A program made the position numbers and the translations under genes. The notes below the pieces were generated by a model. It was not told the DNA's origin and did not search any database. It saw only the letters and a program-made list of their open reading frames with translations. Below are positions 25,039 through 37,774 of a stretch of DNA of 64,000 nt, piece after piece; positions within the stretch are counted from its first letter, which is position 1, and each line of letters starts with the position of its first letter. Origin of the DNA: the human T2T-CHM13v2.0 reference genome, Homo sapiens; NCBI RefSeq assembly GCF_009914755.1, contig NC_060947.1, one strand, 5' to 3'.

Positions 25039-25339
25039 GGCTGGGTGCAGTGGCTCTCGCCTGTAATCCTAACACTTTGGGAAGTGGAGGTGGGAGGATT
25101 GCTTGAGCCTAGGAGTTCAAGACCAGCCTGGGCAATTATAAGGAGATCCCACCTCTACAAAGAATACAAAAAAGTTATCCGGATGTGGGGGTACATGTTT
25201 GTGGTGCCAGCTACTGAGGAGGCTGAGAGAGAAAGATCGCCTGAGGAGGTTGAGGCTGCAGTGAGCCATGATCACGCCACTACACTCCAGCCTGGGTGAC
25301 AGAGCAAGACCCTGTCTCAAGAAAAAAAGAGAGAGAAGT
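25039..25339 (+). mobile_element. Alu (AluJ-type)
   Basis: ggaggattgcttgagcctaggagttcaagaccagcctgggcaa...ggttgaggctgcagtgagccatgatc; TSD ATTAAGG at 25032-25038 and 25340-25346. Confidence 0.95.
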
Positions 25340-26131
25340 ATTAAGGGCCTAATCGAGGGCAGGACTGGTAGGAATATAAACAAAGACCAATCCATTTGAG
25401 CCACATTGTGCAAGGAAAACCAAATGATTAATCACAGGGTATCAGAGGCAGGCAAAAGGACAAGAAGAGGGAGCCCACTGAACAAGTCCCACAGATGTTT
25501 AAATCCAAATGACCGGGACCACGTGGGGAAAAACAGCAGGCCCTGGCAATGTGGATCTAGGCTTAGGAGAAGGGACTAAATTTGGCAATGAACGAAATGG
25601 CCCAGGCAGAGGGCTATAGTCACAAAGAAGGTAGCTCCAGATATGAGAAAAGTGGGGGCCCTCATGCATGAGGCTTGGGTTCTTCCATCAGCCAGTAACA
25701 TCACGTGCCATCAAAATCTCTCACAGAGGCACAACACACTGGAGAGCAGCCACCATCCCCGTGGTGTCCAAAGAGATCACTCTTTCTTCTGTGAGCCACT
25801 AGAGAAGGTAGTTGGCTTGCACTGTGTCAGCACTTTATATTGAAAAAAAAAACAATAATAAGCTGTGTTTAATATTAAAGTCATATGCAGTGGAAGGAGA
25901 CAGTCACATCAGGAGAGATAGAAACAGAGGAGCCTAGAGAAACCAAGGGAAACTCTCCCATCCCAGGCAATCAGTGTGGAGTCACCACCATCCCCCGCCA
26001 CCTAAATTGTTCTCCCTCTCACACTCACTCACATATAGCCATGGTATATGGCTGATCCCAAAAGGGCTGCTTAGCTCCAGCCATCATATCTGTATTTGCA
26101 GTCAAGATAGAAGACAGAGAGGTGATGCCAG

Positions 26132-26672
26132 TTCTTTTAGTTTAAGTAGCTTCAAAAGCAGAGCCCCAAACAAAAACTTTGAGTGCACATAGTTTATTTG
26201 GTAACTGATCCCTGTATGCGCAAGAGGAAGCAAGGAGAATGAGAGAGTAAAGACGAAAATGACAATATAAAGGCATATTAAAAAGGTTACTGCCTGGGGC
26301 CCTAGAGGCTCAATTGCACCCAGACCTCCTGATAACTGTACACAATGCCTCCCAGAAGTGTGCCCCCAAAGGACAGGTGGCTGGAGCATCTATCCACTAG
26401 GCCGTGTTCCCCATCGATTAAGGGTCGATCCCAAGGGCATGAATCTCACACTTCCAAGTTTTGTTTTTATGCAGGCCCAGTGGGCTTCCATAGTGTCAGA
26501 GAAGGCCCTGGAGCAGAGAGCAGAAAGATGCACAGCACATACTTGAGACTGGATGCTGTCTTGCATGAGGTGAATTGGAACACACGGAACTGTCCACCAC
26601 AGCTGTGACTGAAGTCAGAGGTGATTAGACTGTGGGCATGGGACACAGGGCATGCCACCGCCATCTGCCACA
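26132..26672 (-). mobile_element. ERVL solo LTR, LTR33-like, apparently inserted in an older antisense MLT1-type LTR
   Basis: aaagcagagccc...tttgagtgcacatagtttatttgg...gatccc...ggttactgc...catctgccaca; flanks (gctccagccatcatatctgtattt / cagacctccc...gaggctgagaaatgaa) look like antisense MLT1. Confidence 0.7.
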
Positions 26673-26829
26673 TCAACAGACCTCCCAGTGTCTTATTGCT
26701 GGCAGAAGGAGAGGCTGAGAAATGAACATTTTAGCTCTTCCAGCCTCTAGAATAGAAGCAGAGTGGGGAGAAAGGGATTGGAAAGGGCTGTTAGCGGAGC
26801 AAAAAATATATAAGATTTCAGATTCACTA

Positions 26830-26995
26830 AGGACATGTTAGATTAGATCATCTACTGTGAATGCATCATTTTATAAATGAGAAAGGAACTGAGTCCTGGG
26901 TAGAGTGAGTAACTTGCCTGCCCCAATCCTGTAGTTGGAGTAGAGCTGGGGTTTGAAGCAAGCCTTCCAGGTTTGAAGATCTTTCCACCTCTCCA
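26830..26995 (-). mobile_element. MIR SINE
   Basis: cattttataaatgagaaaggaactgag...gagtaacttgcct...gagctggggtttgaa. Confidence 0.65.
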
Positions 26996-28184
26996 TAATA
27001 ACCCTCTTAGGCTGCAAAAGAATGTCTTGGCTGAAAATCTGTTTAAAAAAAGAAAATAAAAAAGCTCCTGAATAACTAAGGTGGGCTCTGTTGTCACAAG
27101 ACCTGGAACAATAAGCCTAGGCATTTGGACTTGGTCTGAGAGACAATGGGGAGCCATTGTCGAATCTTAAACAGGATCATGGCAATTTGAGTTGCTTGTA
27201 GGTAGATATTATATAAATATAAGGAGTTATTTCTCTGTTGATTATGGCTGCTGATTCAGCCAAGAGGAAATGGAGTTCTGGACAGGCTTGTACCTCCAGC
27301 AGTGACTGCAGGTGCTGTCAAAAGGAGGTGCAGGCTGCTGTCTGACATTCTCAAAAGGCCCCTGCTCTCCTGAGAATGGCTTGATGCTTATTGCTAATAA
27401 CAAGCCTGGCAGCCAGCTGCAGCTTTCACTCAAAATTCTCTGGCTTTCAGTAATCAAAGCCAGGCCTGGGTTGTTCCTTGGCCCTAGACTGCAAAAGGAA
27501 TTTCCTTTATTTTTGAACATGGAGAGAATAAAAAGAAGTACAAGTTGTTTTATAAGACAAGTAGGGCAGCAATTTGAAATAGATATTTAGGCATCTCTTA
27601 GGGATTAACATCGGGACTCATTTAAGGGCTTGGAGTGTTAATAAGGATGAGATGTATTTATTTTTCCCTGGGTTCTTTTTTAGGAATCCCTGGGCAGTGT
27701 TCTGGAATTGATCTATACTGGCTCAAATTTCACATGTCCCCCCATTTTCCATGCAGACTCTCCCACCCCTCCTTTTGACTGAGTTGTGCCTCCTATTAAC
27801 TTGGAGAAAATGCCCCAACCAGGGTGCACAATTGGGCATAATTGGTACCCAGAAATACTGTTCACTGGGTTGAGGCAGCTCAGCAAACAAAATGGCCTCC
27901 TTTTACCTAGGGAATCTGGTTTGAAAATTGGACATTAAGTTACACTTCTAATTGAAATGAATTTGATGGTTTCAGAACAGTCCCCAGTGATCCCAGCCCA
28001 CATCATAAAAACCACCATAGGCAAATTGGCACCATTCAGCCTTGGCTCAAACAGGCTAGGGAGTAAAAGAAGATGTAAACTGAATTTGTGGTTGCTTTTA
28101 TCTTCAGATAGACAGGCTGGGGTTGGGGGAGCTTCCAGAGGGGAATTCTCGGAGTGGATTACATCATTTTCCTGACAGTCTGGG

Positions 28185-28345
28185 AGGCAGTGGGGTATAG
28201 AAGAAAAGCACTAGATTAAGAGTCTACCCTTGTCTCAGACAGTAATTCATGTTCATTCTTTGGTAAGTCATAACATTTTTTCATGCCTCAGTTTCCTTGT
28301 CTGCAAAATGGGAAAACTAACATCTCCTTGCCTCATGGTTGGTAT
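28185..28345 (+). mobile_element. MIR SINE
   Basis: gcagtggggtatagaagaaaagcactaga...gcctcagtttccttgtctgcaaaatggga. Confidence 0.75.
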
Positions 28346-28689
28346 TGGGCCCAGGCAATGACAGCTGAATGGTTTACCTAATGGACTGAAGAAGCCCTCA
28401 GAATCTAGGCCTTCTGATTGCTTGGCTGGTGTTCACCCCACCAGCTGACATCCAAAGGACAAGATGCTTGTCTGTCTTCCCAGGAAACTTGGCTGTGAGG
28501 TTCAATGATCTCAAAGCAAAGAACAATGACAAGACAAGAAGGGTACTAAAGGGTGGACACTGACCTGTCACCAAGGCACTCTGAGCCACCTCATTATTCA
28601 CATCAGTTCCTTATTCATCTCAGGCATATCTACCTAAGCAACAACACACATGTATTTTGTACCAACTATGAAAGATGCCAGTTCTGTAA

Positions 28690-28890
28690 TGCACATTCAT
28701 GCCAGGCACCCTGCTAGGATATTCAAACCTTCCTCTCTGCAACCATGTCAGGTAGATTTTAATACTCCCATTTTATAAATAAGAAAAGTGAGGCACAGGA
28801 AGATCACACAGCTTAGCCGAGGTCACACAGCAGTATGTTATTGACTGGAAATGTCATATGCCATGGCCTGTCTTCCCACTCCACTGTGTT
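28690..28890 (-). mobile_element. MIR SINE
   Basis: tgccaggcaccctgcta...ccattttataaataagaaaagtgaggcaca...gaggtcacacagc. Confidence 0.7.
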
Positions 28891-29032
28891 TTCAATCACT
28901 GTTCTAAGGGGAAAAGATAAAAATGAAGAAGACCCAATCCCCACTTTTAAGAAATTGATAGTCTAGCCACATATCTACACAGAAATATGTGTGCACAAGC
29001 AGAATAAAGGTCTGAGGGGGAGGAAAGAGAGA

Positions 29033-29473
29033 TTATTAGTCAGCTATTGCTGCTGTAACAAACAACCCCACACCTCAATGATTAGAAAACAACAATTCTT
29101 GCTTACTTATTTTCAGGTTGGCCATGGGTCGGCTTATGTGGCATGGGTCCCACTGAGCAACTTTGGTTTTGGCTGCAGATCTGCTGGGCTTGGGTCCTTA
29201 CTGTGGAATGGGTTCAGTTCAGCTAGTCATGGACCCACAAGTGAGAGTGGCCATTTACAGGGGAGAAGCTCTTCTCATGGTGCTGGCAGAGATACAAGAG
29301 GTAAAGCACAACCACATAAGCACATGGCAAGATGCTGCTTGGTTCATTTCTACTAACATCCTATTGGCTGAAGCATGTCACATGGCCATGCTCCAAAGTC
29401 AAGGGGGCAGAGCAAAGGGTAGAGAAGGATACAGAAGGGGTGAAGAATTGTGTCCAATAATCTATCCTACACC
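29033..29473 (-). mobile_element. MaLR solo LTR, MLT1 (I/J-like)
   Basis: tattagtcagctattgctgctgtaacaaacaacccca...ctaacatcctattggctgaagcatgtcacatggcca. Confidence 0.8.
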
Positions 29474-29569
29474 AGAAGGCTTCAGTTTTTACAGTAAAGT
29501 ATCTGCATATTAATTTGAAATGATAAGCATGTATTATTTTTAAATTTAAAACTCCAATTTAAAAATACC

Positions 29570-30182
29570 ATCAGCCTTCTCTATCCATGAGTTTCTCATT
29601 CACGGATTCAACCAACCAGGGATTGTAAATATTTTAAAATGAATTAAAAGTAACAATAGAACAATACAAATATTACAAATTAGAAAAACAATACAGTATA
29701 ACAGTCATTTACAGTTGTCCCTTTGTAACCACAGGGATTGGTTCCAAGATCCCTGTGGATACCAAAAATCTCGATGTTCAAGTGCCTTATATAAAATGGT
29801 GTAGTATTTGCATATAACCTACACACATCCTCCCAGATACTTTAAATCATCTCTAGTTACTTATAATCCCTAAGATAATGTAAATATTATGTAAATAGTT
29901 GTTATAATGTATTGTTTTTAAATTTGTATTATTTTTCATTATGGTATTGTTATTTTTTACTGTTTCTTACAAATTTTTTAAAATGTATTTTTGATCCATG
30001 GATTTAACTGTGGATACGGAGGGTTGACAGTACATAGCATTTACATTGTATTAGGTATTATACATAATCTAGGGATAATTTAAAGTATATGGAGGATAAG
30101 CATAGGTTATATGCAAATACTGTACCATTTTATATAAGAGACTTGAGCATCCAAGGATTTTCCTACTTGAAGGGGACCTGCA
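29570..30182. mobile_element. Tigger3-family (TcMar-Tigger) non-autonomous element hosting a nested MER2
   Basis: ggattcaaccaacc...aaaaacaatacagtataac | tacatagcatttacattgtattaggtatta...ggttatatgcaaatact...ccattttatataag...gacttgagcatcc. Confidence 0.85.
29712..30030. mobile_element. MER2 (Tigger3-related) inserted in the opposite orientation to its host
   Basis: TIR-like ends cagttgtccct...ggatacggagggttgacag; TA target duplication at 29710-29711 and 30031-30032. Confidence 0.88.
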
Positions 30183-30364
30183 ATACATTGTAAAAACCAT
30201 CTCAGGGAGGTTAGAATGAACATACCCCAAGGTAATATTTCCTAACCCATCTCCTATATGCCAATTAAAAAATTTACACACACACACACACACACAATAC
30301 TACAATATAATGGTTGCTGTAACATAAATGTGTTTCCAATGCTATGAGAACCCATATGAGAGCC

Positions 30365-30520
30365 ATTTTTCATTCATTCATTTATTCATTCAACAAATAT
30401 CTATTTCATATTACTATGTGCATAGGCATTGGAAATGAAGAGAAAAACAAAATAGGACTGATCACTGTCATCGTGTAACTCAAAAGTCGAAAATAGGCTC
30501 TGAACATATACAACTGGAAT
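30365..30520 (-). mobile_element. L2 3' end
   Basis: ttcattcattcatttattcattcaacaaatat...tactatgtg...ggcattgg. Confidence 0.75.
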
Positions 30521-30607
30521 GAATTAAAGGAGGGGTGGACAAAGATATGGAAACAAAAAAGATAAATAACTCATTTACATGAGGAGTATTGCAAAGGCTC
30601 CTAGGGG

Positions 30608-31065
30608 TTGTGTTCCAATATCCTTTCCTTAATTGACAGTCAGAATCCTGAATTGTAGCTGAACAATGGCTACCTCAGATAATGACAACAGTTTCCAACT
30701 TTCCTTGCAGCTAGCTATGGCCATTACATTTTGGGCAATAGCTATAAGTAGAAATGGTGTATGCAACTTCCAGAAAGTGCCCTTCTTTCCCCCTTATCTT
30801 TCCTGTTGGCCAGAATATGAATGTGATAATTGGAATCAGGGTAGCTGTCTTGGACCATAAGTGACTTTGAGAATGGAGACCATAGGGGATGAAACAAGAT
30901 AAAAGGAGCCTGGGTCACTGAAGACTTTTTGGAGCAAAATAGCCAAACCCACTCTGTACTGCCTACCTCTGGGCATTTGTGTGAGCAAGAAACACACCTC
31001 TATCTTGTTTAAATCATTGTTATATTGAGCTTCTGTTATTTGCAGTTAAACTCACCCTAACAGAT
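30608..31065 (+). mobile_element. MaLR solo LTR, old MLT1 (J/K/L-like)
   Basis: ttccttgcagctagctatggcca...gcaacttccagaaagtg...aaggagcctgggtc...tctatcttgtttaa...gttatttgcag. Confidence 0.75.
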
Positions 31066-31289
31066 AAAGGAGTTCAGGGGCAGACCTCCCTACAAACGTG
31101 AGAATAAGCTGATACCTGAATGGTGAGTGGATAAAAAGTGCAGGTTAATCTCTTCCAAGAAGAAAGAACAGCATATGCAAAGGCCCAGAGGTGGGAGAAC
31201 ACAGGAATTTAGGGCAGATACAAAGGGGAAAGAGGTAAAGGATGGCCATTATGAGCTTAGATCCCATTCAGTTACCCATACATTTGTTC

Positions 31290-31430
31290 CCTACACCTCT
31301 CCTTTCCCCTGTTCTCCTTCCTTTCTTCCTACTTCCCTCTCTCCCTTTATTTCTTTCCCCATCACTCCATCCCTTCTCCCTCTCCCTCTCTGCCTTCATC
31401 CCTCCTTCCCTCTCTATCTACCTTTTTCAC
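31290..31430. repeat. CT-rich low-complexity tract
   Basis: read directly. Confidence 0.85.
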
Positions 31431-31434
31431 TTTT

Positions 31435-32500
31435 TTTTAGAGAAATATTTATTGAGTACCCACTGTGTGCCAGGCACTGTACTAGCCACTGGATGCACAC
31501 CCTCATAGAACTGACAGTCTACTAGAGGGACAGATATCAATGCGAGAGGTGGGAGTGAGAGAAAGAGCATGTGTTGACTTCCTATGGCATATATGAGGAA
31601 GCACTGTTCAGATCCCCTTTCAGGGAAAGATTTGCTGCCCAACTACGAGAATTGCAGTTAGCTGACAGCCTACAGCTGTTGGCTTCAGCAGGGTCAGCCT
31701 CAGCTTTTGAGCTGAGGTCACATTCCTCTCAGAGCGGCCCTGGGCCAGCAGCTGAGCAAGGAGGTGGTATTCTCGGCTGGCCATTTCTGCCCAACAAAGG
31801 GCTGCTCTCATGGGCACCCTTTGCTCAGAGCTGCCACTAGGCTGACAGGAACTTTTCAAATCTGCATTGCGATCTTCCTGGAGAATCCAGCCTTCCATAG
31901 GCCTCAAGGCAGGTGAGAGCTCATCATAATCACTGGAGGAACCAAAGGAAGACCTAGTCTGTCTGGAGCACAGAGAGGGAAGGGAGAGTTCTGGCAATGA
32001 GACATGAACTACAACACCATGTGTGACTTAGGAGGAACTGGGGTTTTATCCTAAGTGCATTGAAATAATGCTGAGAGGTTTTTAAAATTCACTGTAACTG
32101 CTGCATGGATTGGAGAGGCCAGAATACCAGTTATGAGAAACTGCAGTCAATCAAGGGAATAGCTGGAGGGAGCTGCTTCTAGCTTGGTGGCTGCGGGAAT
32201 GAAAAGCAGTGGAAGAGATGTCCTGGGAGTTTGTGGAGGGAGAATGAGCAGTACTTAGTAGTGACAGATTAGATCTTGGAGGGAGGAGGGTGATAGGAAG
32301 AAAAGTATCAAAGGCAAGCAACTGAGTAGAGGGATTTGCCCTTTCCTGAGATGATAACAGTTGCGAGAAAAGTAACAAATTCAGTGGTGAAAATCAAGAG
32401 CCGAATTGTGGCCATGTGGGTTTTGAGACTGTTGGATACACAAACCTGGAGTTGAAGACTGGTCTGGCCAGGAGATAAAAGGGAAGTTATCAACATGCCC
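31435..32500 (-). mobile_element. L2 remnants interrupted by an LTR16-like element
   Basis: aaatatttattgagtacccactgtgtgccaggcactgt; later gggttttatcctaagtgcattg and gcaactgagtagagggatttgccctttcctgagat. Confidence 0.6.
31570..31900 (+). mobile_element. ERVL solo LTR fragment, LTR16-like
   Basis: cagatcccctttcaggga...tgctgcccaact...gctgacagcc...ggccatttctgcccaaca...gggctgctctca. Confidence 0.7.
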
Positions 32501-32610
32501 AGGGTACTAGACGCCCCGGGAGCATATTAGGAAGCTTAAGGAACTGCCCCCTTCCCTCCAGGCCATCTTCTATTTCTTCTTACTTCTATGCTCCCAAAAG
32601 CGTCTTCTTC

Positions 32611-32930
32611 TTTTTTTTTTTTCTTTTTTTCTTTTCTTTTTTTTTTCTTTTTTAGACAGAGTCTCTCTCTGTTGCCCAGACTGGAGGGCAGTGGTGCAAT
32701 CATGGCTCACTACAGCCTTAAATTCCTGGACTCAAGTGGTCCTCCTGCCTCAGCTGAGAACCTGGAACTACAGGCTCATGGCACCACTCCAAGCTCATTT
32801 TTAAATTTTTTGTAGAGATGGGGTCTCACTCTGTTGCCCAGGCTGATCTTGAACTTCTGGCCTCAAGCAATCGTCCTGCCTCAACCTCCTAAAGTGCTAG
32901 GATTACAGGGAGGAGCCACCGCACCCAGCC
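32611..32930 (-). mobile_element. Alu (AluJ-type)
   Basis: T-rich tail then gacagagtct...catggctcactacagcc...tttgtagagatggggtctcact...ggcctcaagcaatc. Confidence 0.95.
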
Positions 32931-33444
32931 CCCAAAGCTTCTAAAGCCTTATTTCATTCCAGGGAATCTTCTCAGGTGGAGAGGAGACAGGGTGCTGAGA
33001 GAGGTCCTTGTACTCCCTACTCCCATCCTTAGCTTTGCCCTTCAACCAAAATACACTTTTGTATGGTGAGCCTTTTGAGTAATTGGTGCATTCTACCACC
33101 CTTACAGATAAGACTCTCTCTGTCCTTAGGATCAACTGCTTCCGAGGAGGAAGGTGTGCCTGCTCCAGGACAGCCCAGGGACTTCGGAGGGTTGCCCTTC
33201 TGCCTGCCTAACCCTAAAGTGCTCCCCATAAAACACTCTGCCTGCTAATATCTAGACTGCACATCACAGATATGCAGTAAACGTGTGTTGAATGTATGAG
33301 GTCATTTTATTATTTGGTTGCCCGATCAGTGTGTCTGTCATAAAGCCCATCTCTTCGATTTTGCCTTTCAGCATAGATGAAAACAAGCTGGCCATTATTT
33401 TCCAGGCAAGCACTTGTCAAATAAATGTTCCTCATAGAGATGTA

Positions 33445-33590
33445 GCTTGCTGCAGAGTGAAAAGCGTGGGAAGAGAGCCCCATCTTTCTCATCTGTATAA
33501 AACAGGATGACAATCCCCACACCACACACTTTACAACTGAGTTGGTATGAAGAGCTAACAAAAGTCCTCAGCCTAACAGTGCTTTGGGCT
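33445..33590 (+). mobile_element. MIR fragment
   Basis: tttctcatctgtataaaacaggatgacaat. Confidence 0.5.
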
Positions 33591-35369
33591 TTACAGAGAG
33601 ACAGTGGGCTGATACACCATTGAGTTCTATTCCAACCCAAGTCTGATTCGTTGAGTGGAATAATCCCAGTTCCCCTCATTTTTCCTTAGATATGACACTT
33701 TGCAGCAAAACATTTGATGCCTGCAGGCTTTGGGAACTGGCAGTGATTCACAGACAGCAAGCAGGATGCTGGACATTGGTCAAACTTTGGCCCTGCACAC
33801 CTTCTCCCACTACCAGTTATGCTGGTGAGGAATTTCCTCTTTCCCATTGTGTTATGTGGGTGGGTGGGATGGTACCTAAGGGGCCTCGCCACTCCCCATG
33901 GAAGCCAAAGAGTGTTCTCCTTCACTACCCTCATCCAGCAAAGGGCAGCTATGTGACCTCATCTTCTGAGAGGATCTTGAGCAGTGAGCAGAGTGACACA
34001 CAGCCAGAAGAGGGTTTGCAGGACACTCCTTTGCCCCAAGAGCATTGTCCTGCACCAGCCTCTATAGTGCCTGCCACACAGCTGGGTTCCCACCCGGTGT
34101 TCCTGCCTCCCTGTCATTTATCTAAGCTCCCAATATCATCCTTTAACAGTCCCTTTTGCCCAAGGTAGCCAAGAGGCAGTTTCTGTCACTTTTGCCCCCC
34201 AAATTTCAAACAGATACAGGCAATTTCTGAAAGGGGCACTATGTTATCATCAATATCCAGCATCGCTGAAGAGGAGGATTAATTAGTGACAACCCTCTTA
34301 CTTCACCTATCATTGGGGCGGTCCACAGAGGATTTATCCCTGAACCACTAATGAATTTTCCAACTGTCACAAAACAATGCAAATAAGTAAGATCCACATC
34401 TGCTGAACACCATCATGAGGTCAAACTGTGGGTAAATAAATACTTGCTTCAAGGAGAGGGTAAATCCTAAGGTGAGGAGTGACAGGGCTTTGTTTGCATA
34501 AACCCAGCAAGGTATTATGGGTAGGATATTAATTAAATCATGCTCCTGGGCCTCACGGATCCCCAGCTCCACGGCTTCAGCTTGTTGACAAACCGAACAC
34601 AGGGCCCCCAGAGAGACCACTAACATTTTGATGAACAGGATTTGTTGGGGGTGATGTTTCCTAACTAGCGTTTTAATATAATTTTTGACGCTTCATCTGA
34701 GCAACCTGGAAAGAATATGCAGTTAAAAGAAACGGACAAACGTCAAATTTACAAGAGAAGAAACTACCATCTAATGTTAGTCCACTGGAATTACTTCCTG
34801 GGAATAATGTCTTGCTACCTTCACCCCACCCCAGGCCTTCCTGAGACCTCCTTTTTTACCCCTCTCCCTAAACCTGGGAGAACATCTCTGAATAACATCA
34901 AGGCTGCCTCAAGTTTAAATGAACTTTTAATGAGTTTTATAATCTTCCCAAGACCCTGTAAGTCTTTCCTTTTTGTTCTTCTTTCCTTTTTGAAGAAATT
35001 AACATGATGGCAGGTACTGTCTTCAGGGAAAGGGCTTTTATTTTCAGGTTAAAATAAAAGACCTCATCTCAGCTGGAATGGAAGATTGGTGATGAAAAGA
35101 CCCTCTGTGGCCACCAGAAGTACCCGCTGTCCGAGAGATGCTGACCAAGAACGTTCAAGCTCCTTGTAATTGGTCTACCATCCCAACCATTCCCATCTTC
35201 ATTTGCACTACACGGCCTCTTTCAGCTCAAAATTTCATGCTTCGTTTGAAGATTATAAAGCCTCTTTTATCTGAGAATATGCAGACAAATATGAACTAAT
35301 TAATGTTCCTACCAGCCCCCTGGGAGTGTGCAATTGTCCTATGACCCACTAGCTTCCTGGGCATTCCCT

Positions 35370-35770
35370 GACGTTACACTGCTGCCCAGTATCAGGCATC
35401 TTTGCTAGTCCTCCCTCCCCTCACCACCCCCAATCAGCAACTGTCAACCCTGTTTCCTCCAAAATACCATTAGAATCTCCCCACTTCACACCATCTCTGC
35501 CTATTTCCAGCTGGTTGCTTGCATTGACTATGGAAACAGACCTCTCACTTCTTCTCTTGCCCCTTCCAATCTAATTACCCAATTCTCTGCCCAACAGGCA
35601 GAGGGAAATTACTAAGACATAAATCTGAAGAAATCCCTTTTTACCTGCAATGAGTCTCTCACCTAAAGCCCCTCCCTACTATTCCCATCCTCCCCTGCCT
35701 GACTTTTGGTTTCTCAAACATACCAAGATCTTTCCTGCCTCAAAACCTTTGCACATGCAGTTCCCTTTTC
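35370..35770 (+). mobile_element. L2 remnant
   Basis: ccccttccaatc...ctaagacataaatctga...tcctgcctcaaaacctttgcacatgcagttccc. Confidence 0.6.
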
Positions 35771-35899
35771 TAACACTTGGACAGGAAGGTAACCAATTAT
35801 GGATGATGTTCTCCATGAGCTAAAGTCTAAAGACTTGTTTTAAGTCTCTGAGTTTTAAGGTAGTTTCTTATGCAGCTTTGTTGTGGCAACAACAGCATC

Positions 35900-36423
35900 A
35901 AACACTCCTTCTAATAAGAGCACGTGGATTTTATTTTAGAGATCTACCTCATCCACCCTTCATCCTCATGATTCTGGTGAGGATGACCCCACTCCTGGAG
36001 TGCAGGGTTGGGGCTCATCCTCCAGACGTAGCCAATCAGAGCATTCTATCCCTCTAGCCAGAAGAGCTGGGTCAGACTCTATATGTGACCCAAGCTAGGT
36101 CAACAAGATATATAATCCTGGAAATTTCCCTAGAAACGATTAGAAAGAAGAAAAAGTCTTTCTAACAGAGTTTCTGTGCTCCTAGGTGAGAAGACTACAG
36201 CTGTCACCGGGAAGAAAGAGCCTGCCTAAAAATCAGAGGGCAACGAAACTGAAAGGAAAGACACAGAAGTCTAATGGCATCAACTGAGTGCCTGGGCCCA
36301 GCTATTCCTGATGATTTACTCCTGGAGTTTCCGACTTTATACACCGACACATTCTCTTTTTTCTTAAGTTATTTAGACGCGGTTTTCAAGTCACTTGTGA
36401 CTTCAAAACTCCTGACTTTTACA
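35900..36423 (+). mobile_element. MaLR solo LTR, old MLT1 (K/L-like)
   Basis: gccaatcagagcattctatccc...tgtgacccaagctaggtcaa...gagtgcctgggcccagctattcctga...tcacttgtgacttcaaaactcctgac. Confidence 0.7.
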
Positions 36424-37774
36424 AGTTCCTGCTTGCCTCTAGTCCAGCCCCGACATTGTACTCCTGTCTTCAACTGTGTGTACCCTAAGTCCTTGCCTTA
36501 ATTTTCTACCTATTTCTCTTGTGCTTCCAAGTCTGTAGCCTTATCTTTAGGGCCAGCCTATCCCTTCCCTCTTTCTAGAAATCAAATAGGAGGCAACAGC
36601 ACCTTTCAGAAAACAAGAATGGAATCTCAAAGTCCCAACCTCTTTATACTTTTCCCATGATCAGTCTGCAACATTAAGACAAGGGAAAGTTTGAGCAAGG
36701 CAAATGGCATGATCTGGACGTGGCAGGAAAAAAATGGGACAGACTCCGTTCCAGTGCTTTGAAAATCTGTTGGTTGTAAGATCTGGAGAAGGAACTCAAG
36801 TTCCAATAAATGTCACTGAACAAATTGTACGATGTATGGAGCTGCCTAATGTTTCATCTGTTTGGATGAAATGGTTGTCTTTAAATAAGCTAGGTGCAAA
36901 GTTTCTAATAACCACTGTTTTTCAGCATGTCTCAGAGCTCATGTTGTTAATCAAGCAAGGTTAGCTTATTTTTATTGAGTAAAGGATGTGTTAAGAAAGG
37001 AATGGTTTTGCATTTTAAGCAAAATGGATGAATAATGAATGAATTTTAAGTAAATAAATAAAACCTTTAAGTGACTGTTTCTCTTTCAGAGAAGTCATTG
37101 ATGGAAGCTATGTACTGATTATGATGATGCTGTCATTACTCTCAACATTCCTTCAATTCCTACTGTGAAAGGCAACCCTCTTTAGGTTGTACAAATTCTA
37201 GTTTGGTGGCTAATTAAGCCATGATACTAGTTTGAGATTTTTTAAAATCTTCATTCTCATCTCTCCCTCTCCTAGTGTTTGAGGACTGATCATTCCTGAT
37301 CTTAGTAACAGAGTAATTCATGTTGGCAGGTGTCATTTAAGCCCTCGTAGCTTGTAACTTCCTGACACAATTTGGAGTTAGCCCATTCTGGCATTCTCCT
37401 GCTGGATATCACCTACATTCTTAAATCTTAATGATGTAAAATTATTCTACATTTTTAATGATCCGTTGGAGCTGTTTCCTCCAAACCATTAGCAATACAA
37501 GAGGTATATAGGAATTTGACTTATTTACAAACTCTGTACTATTCTTTCTAAACAGTTTCCAAGGAATACAAATGCACTACATATTGGTTACTAAAAACTG
37601 TTTGGGAATTGGATTCTTTAAATATTATGAAGAAATAGCTGATTTTCTGCAAGTTTGACTTTTTCTCAAAATGAAAGCATGTGCACACACACACAGAGGT
37701 GCAAAAGCTCCCCATCAGACAGATGCAAGGCACCACTCCATTAAGGCAGGCAGTGACTTGCTAATGATCTATAT

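Noticed and set aside
33692-34168. 158-aa plus-strand ORF (and the 157-aa ORF at 14553-15026)
   Set aside because: No recognisable domain. 14553-15026 lies in an MLT1 LTR and 33692-34168 partly overlaps LTR-like sequence; such lengths are expected by chance.
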